A stretch of DNA of 32,000 bases from Haloferax volcanii DS2 (GCF_000025685.1 NC_013967.1:1320001-1352000), one strand, 5' to 3'; shown: positions 22,808-31,053, counted from the stretch's first letter. The notes: generated by a model from the letters alone, not told the origin. Numbers and translations: made by a program.

Positions 22808-23401
22808 TCAGCTGTACCGCTCTTCGTTCCACGGGTTCGCCGTGTTCGAGTAGCCCCGTTTCTCCCAGTAGCCGCGTTCGGGCTCGGTGAGGAACTCGAC
22901 GCCCGAAACCCACTTCGCGCCCTTGTAGGCGTACTTGTGCGGGGTGACGACCCGGAGGGGGCCGCCGTGGTCGGCGGGCAGGTCCTCGCCGTCGTAGCCC
23001 CAGACGAACATGACCTCGTCGCGCATGCACTGGTCGAGCGGCAGGTTCGTCGTGTAGCCGTCCATCGCGTGGAACATCACGTGAACCGCGTCGTCGTCGA
23101 CGCCGACCGCGTCGGCGAGCGTCGAGAACGTGACGCCCTCGAACTCGCAGTCGAACTTGCTCCAGCCGGTGACGCAGTGGAAGTCCTGTACCTGCGTCTC
23201 GGCGGGGAGGTCGCGGAACTCGTCGAACGAGAGGTCGAGTTCGGTGTCGACCGCGCCCCACGCCTCGAACGACCACGTCTCGGGGTCCCACGAGGGCGTG
23301 CCGCTCTTGGAGAGGACGGGAAACCGCTGGGTCTCGCGTTGGCCCGGCGGGAGCCGGTCGTCGCCGAACTCCTCGTAGAGGTGGGTCACGTCGTTGGCCA
23401 T
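22808..23401 (-). CDS. sulfite-oxidase-family molybdopterin-dependent oxidoreductase (YedY/MsrP-like catalytic domain), no signal peptide
   Basis: FHCVTGWS (Mo-ligand Cys) and GGPLRVVTPHKYAYKGAKWV are hallmark blocks. I chose the ATG at 23401. Confidence 0.82.
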   Translation of the reverse strand: MANDVTHLYEEFGDDRLPPGQRETQRFPVLSKSGTPSWDPETWSFEAWGAVDTELDLSFDEFRDLPAETQVQDFHCVTGWSKFDCEFEGVTFSTLADAVGVDDDAVHVMFHAMDGYTTNLPLDQCMRDEVMFVWGYDGEDLPADHGGPLRVVTPHKYAYKGAKWVSGVEFLTEPERGYWEKRGYSNTANPWNEERYS

Positions 23402-23548
23402 GCTCGAATCTTCGGCCCGACGCACCTATCACTAACGACTCCGGACACCCGCAGGCGACCGGGGCGACGGCCGCACTAACCGAACGTAAGCGGGAATTCG
23501 CGTTCGCCCGGACGACCTTCGGAAAACCCGATTATTCCCCCGGTAGAG

Positions 23549-23556
23549 TTATATAC
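23549..23556 (+). promoter_or_regulatory. TATA box (ttatatac) about 30 nt upstream of the RHH gene
   Basis: A clear TATA-like octamer in the GC-rich spacer. Confidence 0.4.
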
Positions 23557-23583
23557 GGCCCTTCCAAAGCGACGGACGTTCAG

Positions 23584-23796
23584 ATGCCCAAAGTAGAGAT
23601 TACCGTGCCGGAACACCTGGAGATGCAGATCGTCCAACTCGTCGAGCAGGGCGAGTTCGTCAACCGCGACGAGGCCATCGAGGACCTGCTGTCGACCGGT
23701 ATCCGCGCGTACAAGACGAGCGGTCCGATGTCCGACGAGGACCGCGCGTACGAAGACGACGGAATGATGGGCCACGAAGACGAGTACGTCTTCTGA
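23584..23796 (+). CDS. ribbon-helix-helix (CopG-like) small DNA-binding protein with an acidic tail
   Basis: MPKVEITVPEHLEMQIVQLVEQGEFVNRDEAIEDLL has the beta-strand and two-helix RHH pattern. Confidence 0.7.
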   Translation: MPKVEITVPEHLEMQIVQLVEQGEFVNRDEAIEDLLSTGIRAYKTSGPMSDEDRAYEDDGMMGHEDEYVF

Positions 23797-23854
23797 GCCG
23801 AGTGACAGTATCCCCCAATAACGCTTAAACCGCCCTCGAACCTACCCAACGCTC

Positions 23855-24133
23855 ATGCACAAGGACGAACTGCTGGAGCTGCACGAACAGATGGTTATCA
23901 TCAAGGACCACTTCTCGGCCCGCGACCACGTCGATTCGAGCCTGTTCGACCCCTACGACGAGCTTGCGGTCGAGCCCTCCCACGTCCACAAATCGAAAAG
24001 CGAACACAAACACGCCGTGTTCGTGCTCGGCAACGCTCTCGCGACCGCGATGAGCGACGACGAGTTCTCCAGCGCGGGCCGCATCGGCAAGCGTATGGAG
24101 GAGTTGGCCGACGACGCCGAAGGCAAAATCTGA
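23855..24133 (+). CDS. UPF0058 family protein (conserved archaeal, His-rich putative metal-binding)
   Basis: MHKDELLELHEQMVIIKDHF...SHVHKSKSEHKHAVFVLG matches my recollection of the UPF0058 family N-terminus and His cluster. Confidence 0.7.
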   Translation: MHKDELLELHEQMVIIKDHFSARDHVDSSLFDPYDELAVEPSHVHKSKSEHKHAVFVLGNALATAMSDDEFSSAGRIGKRMEELADDAEGKI

Positions 24134-24273
24134 GCGGCGGTCGACCGCGACGCGCCTCCTGACCGACCGACGCGGAGTCGTCGATGACGGCCGCGTTCGT
24201 GTCGTTCGCTAGCACTACTCAAGCAGTTCTCCGCGGGTTTCTTTATCACCCGTTCGCACGACACAGGTAGCTC

Positions 24274-25923
24274 ATGCTAGAGATACCGGGCTGGATACCG
24301 TTCCAGCGGCTCGCCGCGCTCCTCGCGCTTCTCGCGGCCGCCGTCGCGCTCGCCGTCGTCGACAGACCGAGTCGGCTCTCGGCGGCGCTTCGGCGGCGCT
24401 TCCTGTTCGGTCTCCCGCTCGGAACGCTCGCCAGCGCCGGCGGCGTCCTCGTCGTCTATCTCGTGGTGCAAGACGGCTGGTCGTCGTGGTACCGGCCCGT
24501 CGTCATCCCGTTCCGGGCGTGGTCGTACTTCTACCCGACCGGGATGCTGACCGCCGCGTTCGCCCACTCCAGCGCCGGCCACCTCGTCGGCAACCTCGTC
24601 GGCACGCTCACGCTCGCGCCGGTCGCGGAGTACGCGTGGAGCCACTACCCGACGCGCCGCGGGTCCACCTCGTTCGGGTCGGCCCGCGAGAACCCCTACG
24701 TTCGGTCGCTCGTCGTCTTCCCCGCGGTCGTCTTCGGCGTGGGGCTCCTCACCGCCGTGTTCGCGCTCGGCCCGGTCGTCGGCTTCTCGGGCGTCGTGTT
24801 CGCGTTCGCCGGCTTCGCGCTCGTCTTCCGGCCGCTGGCGACCGTGCTGGCGTTCGTCTCCGGGCGCGTCGTCAGCCTGTTTTACAACGTGATGCTCTCG
24901 CCCGAGGTCGTCTCGTCGGCCCGCCCCGTCTTCTCGACGCCGTGGTGGTCCCAAATCGCCATTCAGGGCCACGCCATCGGCTTCCTGTTCGGCGTCCTCC
25001 TCGGTGCGTGGCTCAGTCACCGCCGCGGGGGTTCGAACCCGCCCGCGCTCCGCAGTTTCGCCGGCGTCCTCCTGTTTGCCGTCAGCGAGTCGCTGTGGGC
25101 GGTGTACTGGTACCGCGGCGGCGAGACCTACGTGCTGTTCCGCGCGGTCGGGTTCGCGCTCGTCGTCGCGCTCGCGACCATCGTCGCGCTGACGGTCGCG
25201 GCGTCCGACAAGCCGCTTCGGGCGTCACCCGACAACTCGCTGTTTTCGGCCCGTCGCTGGCAGGCCGGCCTCGCCGTGCTCCTCGTCGTCGTCGCGGCGC
25301 TGTCGGGGCCGGCGATGCTGTACAACACGTTCACCGCGAGCGGCGACGACTTGCCGGGCGAGAGCGTCACGGTCAGGGACTACGAGGTGACGTACGCCGA
25401 GGACGTGCCGAACGGGCTGACCGCCGTCTTCGACGTCGAACTGTTCGGCGAGTCGACGACGACCAACACCTCGGGAGTCATCGTCAAAAGCGAGCGGCGC
25501 GGCATCTGGACGACGGCCGTCTCGACGAGTCGGCTGGCGTTCGACGGCGAGTCCGCGGTCAGAGTCGGCGGTCTCGGCTGGCGCGACCGGGTGACGGCGG
25601 TCCGCGACGGCTACGTCGTCACCGGCGCGGGGGTCGCGTACCGGGTGTTCCTCGTCGCCGACGGCGAGGCGCGGCTGGCGTACGAGACCGGCCCGGTCCG
25701 GGCCGGACCCGTCGTCGCCCGGCGGAACGTCTCGGTCGTGCCGACGCCGACGGGCTACGACGTGCAGGTGTCGTCCGACAGCGGGACCGTCAGGGGGCCG
25801 ATGCCGACCGGGAACACGACGACGACGCTCGACGGGATTCGGTTCGTCCGCGAGAACTCCCTCGTCTTCGCCGAATCCCGGGGGACGAAAGTCCGCATCG
25901 CGCGACAGGAGACGTACAATTAG
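24274..25923 (+). CDS. rhomboid-family intramembrane serine protease with two extra TM helices and a ~200 aa C-terminal extracytoplasmic domain
   Basis: Rhomboid signatures FAHSSAGHLVGN (HxxxN), GFSGVVFA (GxSG catalytic Ser) and QGHAIGFLFG (catalytic His). The C-terminal half has beta-rich composition. Confidence 0.8.
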   Translation: MLEIPGWIPFQRLAALLALLAAAVALAVVDRPSRLSAALRRRFLFGLPLGTLASAGGVLVVYLVVQDGWSSWYRPVVIPFRAWSYFYPTGMLTAAFAHSSAGHLVGNLVGTLTLAPVAEYAWSHYPTRRGSTSFGSARENPYVRSLVVFPAVVFGVGLLTAVFALGPVVGFSGVVFAFAGFALVFRPLATVLAFVSGRVVSLFYNVMLSPEVVSSARPVFSTPWWSQIAIQGHAIGFLFGVLLGAWLSHRRGGSNPPALRSFAGVLLFAVSESLWAVYWYRGGETYVLFRAVGFALVVALATIVALTVAASDKPLRASPDNSLFSARRWQAGLAVLLVVVAALSGPAMLYNTFTASGDDLPGESVTVRDYEVTYAEDVPNGLTAVFDVELFGESTTTNTSGVIVKSERRGIWTTAVSTSRLAFDGESAVRVGGLGWRDRVTAVRDGYVVTGAGVAYRVFLVADGEARLAYETGPVRAGPVVARRNVSVVPTPTGYDVQVSSDSGTVRGPMPTGNTTTTLDGIRFVRENSLVFAESRGTKVRIARQETYN

Positions 25924-25927
25924 GGCG

Positions 25928-25990
25928 CGGTCGGCGGGCGATTCACGCGGTGTCGGCGGGCGGTTCGCGCGGTGAGTGGTCGGCGGCGCG
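25928..25990. repeat. degenerate ~21-22 bp tandem repeat x3 (cggtcggcgggcgattcacg / cggtgtcggcgggcggttcgcg / cggtgagtggtcggcggcgcg)
   Basis: Read directly. It fills the spacer between the convergent rhomboid and methyltransferase genes. Confidence 0.6.
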
Positions 25991-25999
25991 ACCGCCGGC

Positions 26000-26626
26000 T
26001 CACCACTCGATGCGGAACACTTCGGCGTCGAGCTGTCGGCGGTCCTCGTCGTGGAAGTCGAACTGGCGGTCGAGGTCGAACGTCGCCCGGAACGCGTCGG
26101 TGAGGTCGCCGCCGGCGTCGGCGACGAACGACTCGACGAACTCCTTGCTCCCTTCGTTGTGGACCGAATAGGACACGTCGGCGACCGACGCGACCGAGTC
26201 GAGGAAGGCGCGGTCGGCGTGTTCGTTGCCACGCTGCGCGCCGAACGGCGGGTTCATGAGCACCGTGACCTGCCGGTCGTCGGGGAGACAGAGCGGCAGG
26301 CGGGTGGCGTCGGCGCGAATCCAGTCGATGGGGGCGCTCGCGCCGACCCGGCGGGCGTTGTCAGTCGCGGTGGCGAGCGCGTCGTCGTCGAGTTCGACGC
26401 CGACGACGCGGGCGGGCGAGCGGAGCGCCGCGCCGAGTCCGAGCATCCCGGTTCCGGAGCCCAAATCGAGGACCGTCGCGCCCTCGATGTCGCCGCGGAG
26501 GTCCGCGAGATGGACGAGATGCGCGGCGAGGTCCGGCGGCGTCGGGTACTGTTCGAGCGAGACCTTCGGGTTCTCGAAGCCGGCGACCACCGCCAACTGC
26601 GCCTCCAGCGCGGCCTTGGTTGCCAT
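26000..26626 (-). CDS. METTL5-like SAM-dependent (rRNA adenine-N6-type) methyltransferase
   Basis: LEQYPTP, VLDLGSGTGMLG (SAM motif I) and MNPPFG (NPPF catalytic motif) are present. Confidence 0.82.
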   Translation of the reverse strand: MATKAALEAQLAVVAGFENPKVSLEQYPTPPDLAAHLVHLADLRGDIEGATVLDLGSGTGMLGLGAALRSPARVVGVELDDDALATATDNARRVGASAPIDWIRADATRLPLCLPDDRQVTVLMNPPFGAQRGNEHADRAFLDSVASVADVSYSVHNEGSKEFVESFVADAGGDLTDAFRATFDLDRQFDFHDEDRRQLDAEVFRIEW

Positions 26627-27021
26627 CAGCCGTCGATGGAACCTCGAAGCTCAAAAGCGACACCCTCGCGCCGGGCGCGCTCGCCCAGCGCCGCGAGCGC
26701 CGACTCGGCGTCGTCGGGGCGACAGCACTCCGCGACGTCGACGGCGACGCGCCCGACGCCGAGGAACGCGGCGGCGCGCACGTACTCGCGGAGGCGGTCG
26801 GACTCCGACTGCACCGCGAGCGGGGCGTCGTCGCTGAAGCGGGCTTCGACGGTGAGTTCGGCCGGGAGGTAGCCCTCCTCGGCGAGTCCGGCCTTCAGGT
26901 CGCGGAGGTGCGAGGGAGCGGTCGACTCCAGACACGACGCGTCGAGGACGACGGGAGTCAGGTCGGCGGGACGACCGGCGGCGACGGCGGCTTCGACGGA
27001 CGAGGATTCGTGCGTGCTCAT
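26626..27021 (-). CDS. uncharacterised 131-aa acidic protein, translationally coupled to the methyltransferase
   Basis: ATGA stop/start overlap at 26624-26628, protein-like acidic composition, and a TATA-like atgtatatatcttt about 30 nt upstream of the ATG at 27021. Confidence 0.6.
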   Translation of the reverse strand: MSTHESSSVEAAVAAGRPADLTPVVLDASCLESTAPSHLRDLKAGLAEEGYLPAELTVEARFSDDAPLAVQSESDRLREYVRAAAFLGVGRVAVDVAECCRPDDAESALAALGERARREGVAFELRGSIDG

Positions 27022-27265
27022 GTTGCACACACATTTTCACTAGTTATGTATATATCTTTGTAAATGCGCAGTAGTAATCTAACGGGGTGGGTTCGCCGGG
27101 GGCCCGCGGATATCCCCGCGAACGTGACAACCTATAGACTAATGATGGAAGATGTCGTACCGCCGTTGGGGGGAGCACGCTCCACCCCCATTCCCCTTGA
27201 CGCCGCGCGGGCGGTTCTCTCGGCCCAACGAGGTTCTACCTAGACAGTGTCTCCCCGAACAGCGG

Positions 27266-28249
27266 CTACTCGTACGTGTACGCGAGCACTTCGTCGCCGG
27301 TGGCGTCCCGAACCGTGACCGTGTCGCCGCCGTTGTTCCACACCGCGCCGCCGCGACCCCAGTAGACGTCTTCATCGGTGTCGGTTCCCGACCCCGTGTG
27401 GAGCGTCAGCGACGCGCCGGGGTCGAGTTCGGTTCCCCCGGCGAACGTGTAGGTTGCGCCCGCCGCGTCGGAGACGGTCCACCCGGAGAGGTCGATGGCG
27501 GCGTCGCCGTCGTTCCTGAGCGTGACGTACTCCTCGTTCAGATTGTCGTTGTCGTTGCCGGGCGCGTCGGCGACAATCGAGAGGGAGAGGCCGTCGTCGG
27601 TGGTCGCGTCCGCGCCGCCCGCGGCCGCGCCCTCGGTCGCGCAGGACCAGAGGCCGACCCCGCGCTCTCTGGCGTCGCGTTCGGCGCGCTCGTAGCGCTC
27701 GCGCTCCTCGAACGAACTCTCGTAGAGCCGGGCGTGGCCCTCGGTGATGAGGTCGTAGTTGAACTCCGCCCCGTCGACGACGACGTACGCGAGGAGCCGG
27801 CCGTAGTAGCCGCGCTCGCCCGCCTTCTCGTCGTACCGGAGTTCGACGGTCCGGTCGGCGAGCCGGGATTTCGCGTAGGCGCTCGCGTCCTCGCCGGCCG
27901 CGCGGAGGCAGGTCCGCCCGGCCTCGGTCTCGGGGACGCCCTCGAACTCGTCGGGCGTGTTCTCGGCGTGGACCTCCGGCGTGTCGACGCCGAGGAGCCG
28001 AACCGTCTCGCGCGCGCCGTCCGGCATGACGACCTTGATGGTGTCGCCGTCGACCACCTCGACCACCTCGACTGTCACGTCGCCCGCGGCGGCCGCGGTC
28101 GTCGGCGACCCCGACTGCGCCGTCGGCGATGCCGTCTCTGTCGCGGTCGATTCAACCGTCGTCGCCGCCCCCGCGCCGCCTCCACCGAGACAGCCCGCGA
28201 GGACCGCGAGAACGACGACAACGAGTGTCGCGGTAGCACGTCTGACCAT
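27266..28249 (-). CDS. secreted lipoprotein nuclease: staphylococcal/micrococcal nuclease (SNase) domain + C-terminal lamin-tail domain (LTD)
   Basis: Signal peptide with lipobox LAGC, and SNase blocks VDGDTIKV...VRLLGVDTPE...GRLLAYV. The LTD-like tail is NEEYVTLRNDGDAAIDLSGWTVSD...WNNGGDTVTVRD. ATG at 28249; the track start at 28258 is a GTG. Confidence 0.85.
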   Translation of the reverse strand: MVRRATATLVVVVLAVLAGCLGGGGAGAATTVESTATETASPTAQSGSPTTAAAAGDVTVEVVEVVDGDTIKVVMPDGARETVRLLGVDTPEVHAENTPDEFEGVPETEAGRTCLRAAGEDASAYAKSRLADRTVELRYDEKAGERGYYGRLLAYVVVDGAEFNYDLITEGHARLYESSFEERERYERAERDARERGVGLWSCATEGAAAGGADATTDDGLSLSIVADAPGNDNDNLNEEYVTLRNDGDAAIDLSGWTVSDAAGATYTFAGGTELDPGASLTLHTGSGTDTDEDVYWGRGGAVWNNGGDTVTVRDATGDEVLAYTYE

Positions 28250-28272
28250 TCGATTCACCGTTAGTCAGGGAA

Positions 28273-28281
28273 CTGTATAAG
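28273..28281 (-). promoter_or_regulatory. TATA-like box (CTTATACAG on the minus strand) about 28 nt upstream of the nuclease ATG
   Basis: An AT-rich element at the canonical distance. Confidence 0.35.
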
Positions 28282-28352
28282 TAGCTGCGTCCGAATCCCC
28301 CGAATCCGAGCTCGTCGAATCGCCAGACAGCGGCCTTTATCATATTTCTGTT

Positions 28353-28366
28353 ACAAAGGTTTAAAT
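28353..28366 (+). promoter_or_regulatory. BRE-like purine run + TATA box (caaagg-tttaaatt) about 28 nt upstream of the tfb ATG
   Basis: The best TATA match in the window. The spacing predicts a leaderless tfb mRNA. Confidence 0.5.
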
Positions 28367-28390
28367 TCACGCTCCACCAGAAACCTTTTA

Positions 28391-29344
28391 ATGGAACGTC
28401 CGAGCCGGCAGCGTCAACGAGAGGAGGAGGCAACGGCACAAGAGGACGAGCAGGTCAACTGTCCGGAGTGCGGCTCTGACCAGATCGTCACGGACGCAGA
28501 CCAGGGGGAGCTGGTGTGTGACGACTGCGGACTCGTCCTCGACGAGCGACAGATTGACCGCGGTCCGGAGTGGCGGGCGTTCAACCACTCCGAGCGGCAG
28601 TCGAAGTCGCGCGTCGGTGCGCCCATCACCGAAACGATGCACGACCGGGGGCTGACGACGACCATCGACTGGAAGGACAAAGACGCCTACGGTCGCTCGC
28701 TTTCGTCCGAGAAACGCTCGCAGATGCACCGCCTGCGCAAGTGGCAAGAGCGCATCCGAACCAAGGACGCCGGCGAGCGCAACCTCCAGTTCGCCCTCAG
28801 CGAAATCGACCGCATGGCCTCGGCGCTCGGCGTCCCCCGGTCGGTCCGCGAGGTCGCCTCGGTCATCTATCGACGCGCGCTCAACGAGGATCTGATTCGC
28901 GGCCGCTCCATCGAGGGCGTCGCCACCTCGGCGCTCTACGCCGCTTGCCGTCAGGAAGGCATCCCGCGCTCGCTCGACGAGGTCGCGGAAGTGTCGCGCG
29001 TCCCGCAGAAGGAAATCGGGCGCACGTACCGCTACATCTCGCAGGAACTCGGCCTCGAACTCAAGCCCGTCGACCCCAAGCAGTTCGTCCCGCGGTTCGC
29101 CTCCGCGCTCGACCTCTCCGAGGAGGTCCAGGCGAAGGCGACCGAAATCATCGACGTGTCCGCCGAGCAGGGCCTGCTGTCGGGGAAGTCGCCGACCGGC
29201 TTCGCCGCCGCCGCCATCTACGCCGCGTCGCTTCTCTGCAACGAAAAGAAGACCCAACGCGAGGTCGCGGACGTGGCGCAGGTGACGGAGGTCACCATCC
29301 GCAACCGCTACCAAGAACAGATCGAAGCGATGGGCTTCCGCTGA
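28391..29344 (+). CDS. tfb: transcription initiation factor IIB (TFB)
   Basis: N-terminal Zn ribbon CPECGS...CDDCG, a B-finger/linker and two cyclin-like repeats (…[17 protein letters not shown]…, …[21 protein letters not shown]…). Confidence 0.93.
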   Translation: MERPSRQRQREEEATAQEDEQVNCPECGSDQIVTDADQGELVCDDCGLVLDERQIDRGPEWRAFNHSERQSKSRVGAPITETMHDRGLTTTIDWKDKDAYGRSLSSEKRSQMHRLRKWQERIRTKDAGERNLQFALSEIDRMASALGVPRSVREVASVIYRRALNEDLIRGRSIEGVATSALYAACRQEGIPRSLDEVAEVSRVPQKEIGRTYRYISQELGLELKPVDPKQFVPRFASALDLSEEVQAKATEIIDVSAEQGLLSGKSPTGFAAAAIYAASLLCNEKKTQREVADVAQVTEVTIRNRYQEQIEAMGFR

Positions 29345-29409
29345 GCGTCGGTCCGCCGACCCGACCCGCGACCCGGCTCGCCGTCACCGATTGAGACCGC
29401 CCGCGACAC

Positions 29410-31053
29410 TCAGTTTCCCACGAACACCACGACCGGCCGCCCCCAGAGGCCGGTGTCGTACTGGTGTGCGACGTAGCCGTCGAGCAGCGGCGCGACCGTC
29501 CCGCGCTCGTCGGCGGGCGCGATGACCACCGGCGGCATCGACGACCGCGATTCGAGCGCCTCCGGCGTCGCCGCCGACGCGGTGTCGGCCCCGAGACGCT
29601 CGACGTACCACGCCATCGGGAGTCGCTCGCCCCACGACTCGGGCACCGGCGGGTAGTCGGCCGCGCCGTCGGCGACGTACATCGAACTCCCGTAGTAGAG
29701 CACGTCCGGCCTCTCGTCGTCGGTCGGCCCGACCCACGCAGAGAGGTTGTCGCGGAACGACGAGAACTCCGCCGACGGCTGGGCGAACTGCGCGAGTTCG
29801 GCGTCGCGGTCGCTCGGGCCGTACACCTCGCTCGACGCCACCGCCCCGGTCTGGACGACGAGCGCGAGCAGGACGATGACCGCGGCCGCGACGCGGGGCG
29901 CGTCCCGGCCGTCGAAGGCGCGCCGCCCCCAGCGGACGAGCGCCGCGAGGCCGATTCCCGCCGGGAGCGCGAGCGGGACGACGACGTAGACGCCGAGCCA
30001 CGGCGCGGACACCTCGGTTAGCATGGGGACGAACACCAGCGACGCGCCGGCCCAGTACACCGCCGCCGACACCTCCGAGCGCGGCCCGCCGGCCGTGTAG
30101 CGGTCGACGAGGAACACCGCCGCGCCGAGGAGGACGACCGGAAGCGCCGCGAGGGCGAGCGCGCCGAGGAGGTCACCGAGATAGGGGAGGTACTCGTGGG
30201 TCCCGTCGGGGTAGCGGTCGACGACGCGGACGCCGACGAACCGCCGGACCGAGTCGAACAGCGCCGCGTCGACTGCGCCGAGCACCGTCCCCGGCGTGTA
30301 GAGGCCCGCGCCGTCGGTGTCGCCCGCCCGCGGCGCGAACGCGAAGATGTAGACGGCGACGAAGACGAGGAGCGCGCGAGCCGCGGGGGTCGCCGCGCCG
30401 CGGACTCGGGCGGCGTACTCACCGAGGCGCATCGCGGCCGGGCGCGCCGACGGGAGGAGCGCCGCGTGGTCGAACACGAGGAACCCGGCGACGCCGAGAC
30501 AGCAGAGTGCGACGACGCCGAGTCCCGACGAGGCGACGGCGAGCGCCAGAGCCGCGGCGAGTCCGTAGGCGTTGCGCCGCCCCGCGCCGTCGACGAGGCG
30601 GAGCGCGAAGCCGAAGGCGACGAGCGCGAAGCCGACCGCGAGCACGTCGCCGCGGGCGAACCGGCCGTAGTAGACGAGAATCGGATTCGCCGCGAGGACG
30701 GCCGCGAGCCCGAGAACCTCGTCGTCAGCGAGGCGGCCGCGGAAGAGGAGCGCCGCGATCGGGAGGGCCGCGCCGAACAGCGCGAAGGGGAGGCGGAGCG
30801 CGAAATCGGTCGCGCCGACGAGCGCGAGCGACGGCCGCGAGAGGTGATAGACCAGCGGGCCGCCGGCGACGGGGCGGTACGAGAAGAAGCCGGTTTCGAG
30901 CGATCGGAGGCTCCAGTAGCCGACGCGGGCCTCGTCCCAGTGGAGCGGCCGGTCGCCGAGGCCGACGAGGCGGACCACGAGTGCCGCGGCGGCGAGCGCG
31001 ACGACGGCGAGCGTCGTTCGGTCGGGTCGCCGCCCGGCGCGGGAGGGAATCAT
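29410..31053 (-). CDS. GT-C-fold (family 39/83-like, ArnT/PMT-like) polytopic membrane protein of the archaeal TIGR03663 type
   Basis: 547 aa with more than 10 TM helices, an N-terminal RLVGLGDRPLHWDEARVGYW motif (Asp/Glu in the first loop as in GT-C enzymes) and a soluble C-terminal domain. Confidence 0.7.
   Translation of the reverse strand: MIPSRAGRRPDRTTLAVVALAAAALVVRLVGLGDRPLHWDEARVGYWSLRSLETGFFSYRPVAGGPLVYHLSRPSLALVGATDFALRLPFALFGAALPIAALLFRGRLADDEVLGLAAVLAANPILVYYGRFARGDVLAVGFALVAFGFALRLVDGAGRRNAYGLAAALALAVASSGLGVVALCCLGVAGFLVFDHAALLPSARPAAMRLGEYAARVRGAATPAARALLVFVAVYIFAFAPRAGDTDGAGLYTPGTVLGAVDAALFDSVRRFVGVRVVDRYPDGTHEYLPYLGDLLGALALAALPVVLLGAAVFLVDRYTAGGPRSEVSAAVYWAGASLVFVPMLTEVSAPWLGVYVVVPLALPAGIGLAALVRWGRRAFDGRDAPRVAAAVIVLLALVVQTGAVASSEVYGPSDRDAELAQFAQPSAEFSSFRDNLSAWVGPTDDERPDVLYYGSSMYVADGAADYPPVPESWGERLPMAWYVERLGADTASAATPEALESRSSMPPVVIAPADERGTVAPLLDGYVAHQYDTGLWGRPVVVFVGN

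Noticed and set aside
23476-24013. Minus-strand ORFs (99, 89 and 62 aa) opposite the RHH and UPF0058 genes.
   Set aside because: The plus-strand frames give recognisable RHH and UPF0058 sequences with TATA boxes at the correct spacing. The minus frames have no features.
25020-25050. A tRNA T-arm-like string gcgggggttcgaacccgcc, which could mark a tRNA fragment or an integration att site.
   Set aside because: It lies inside the well-supported rhomboid CDS (encoding HRRGGSNPPAL). The loop length is non-canonical, and there is no acceptor, D or anticodon arm and no flanking integrase.
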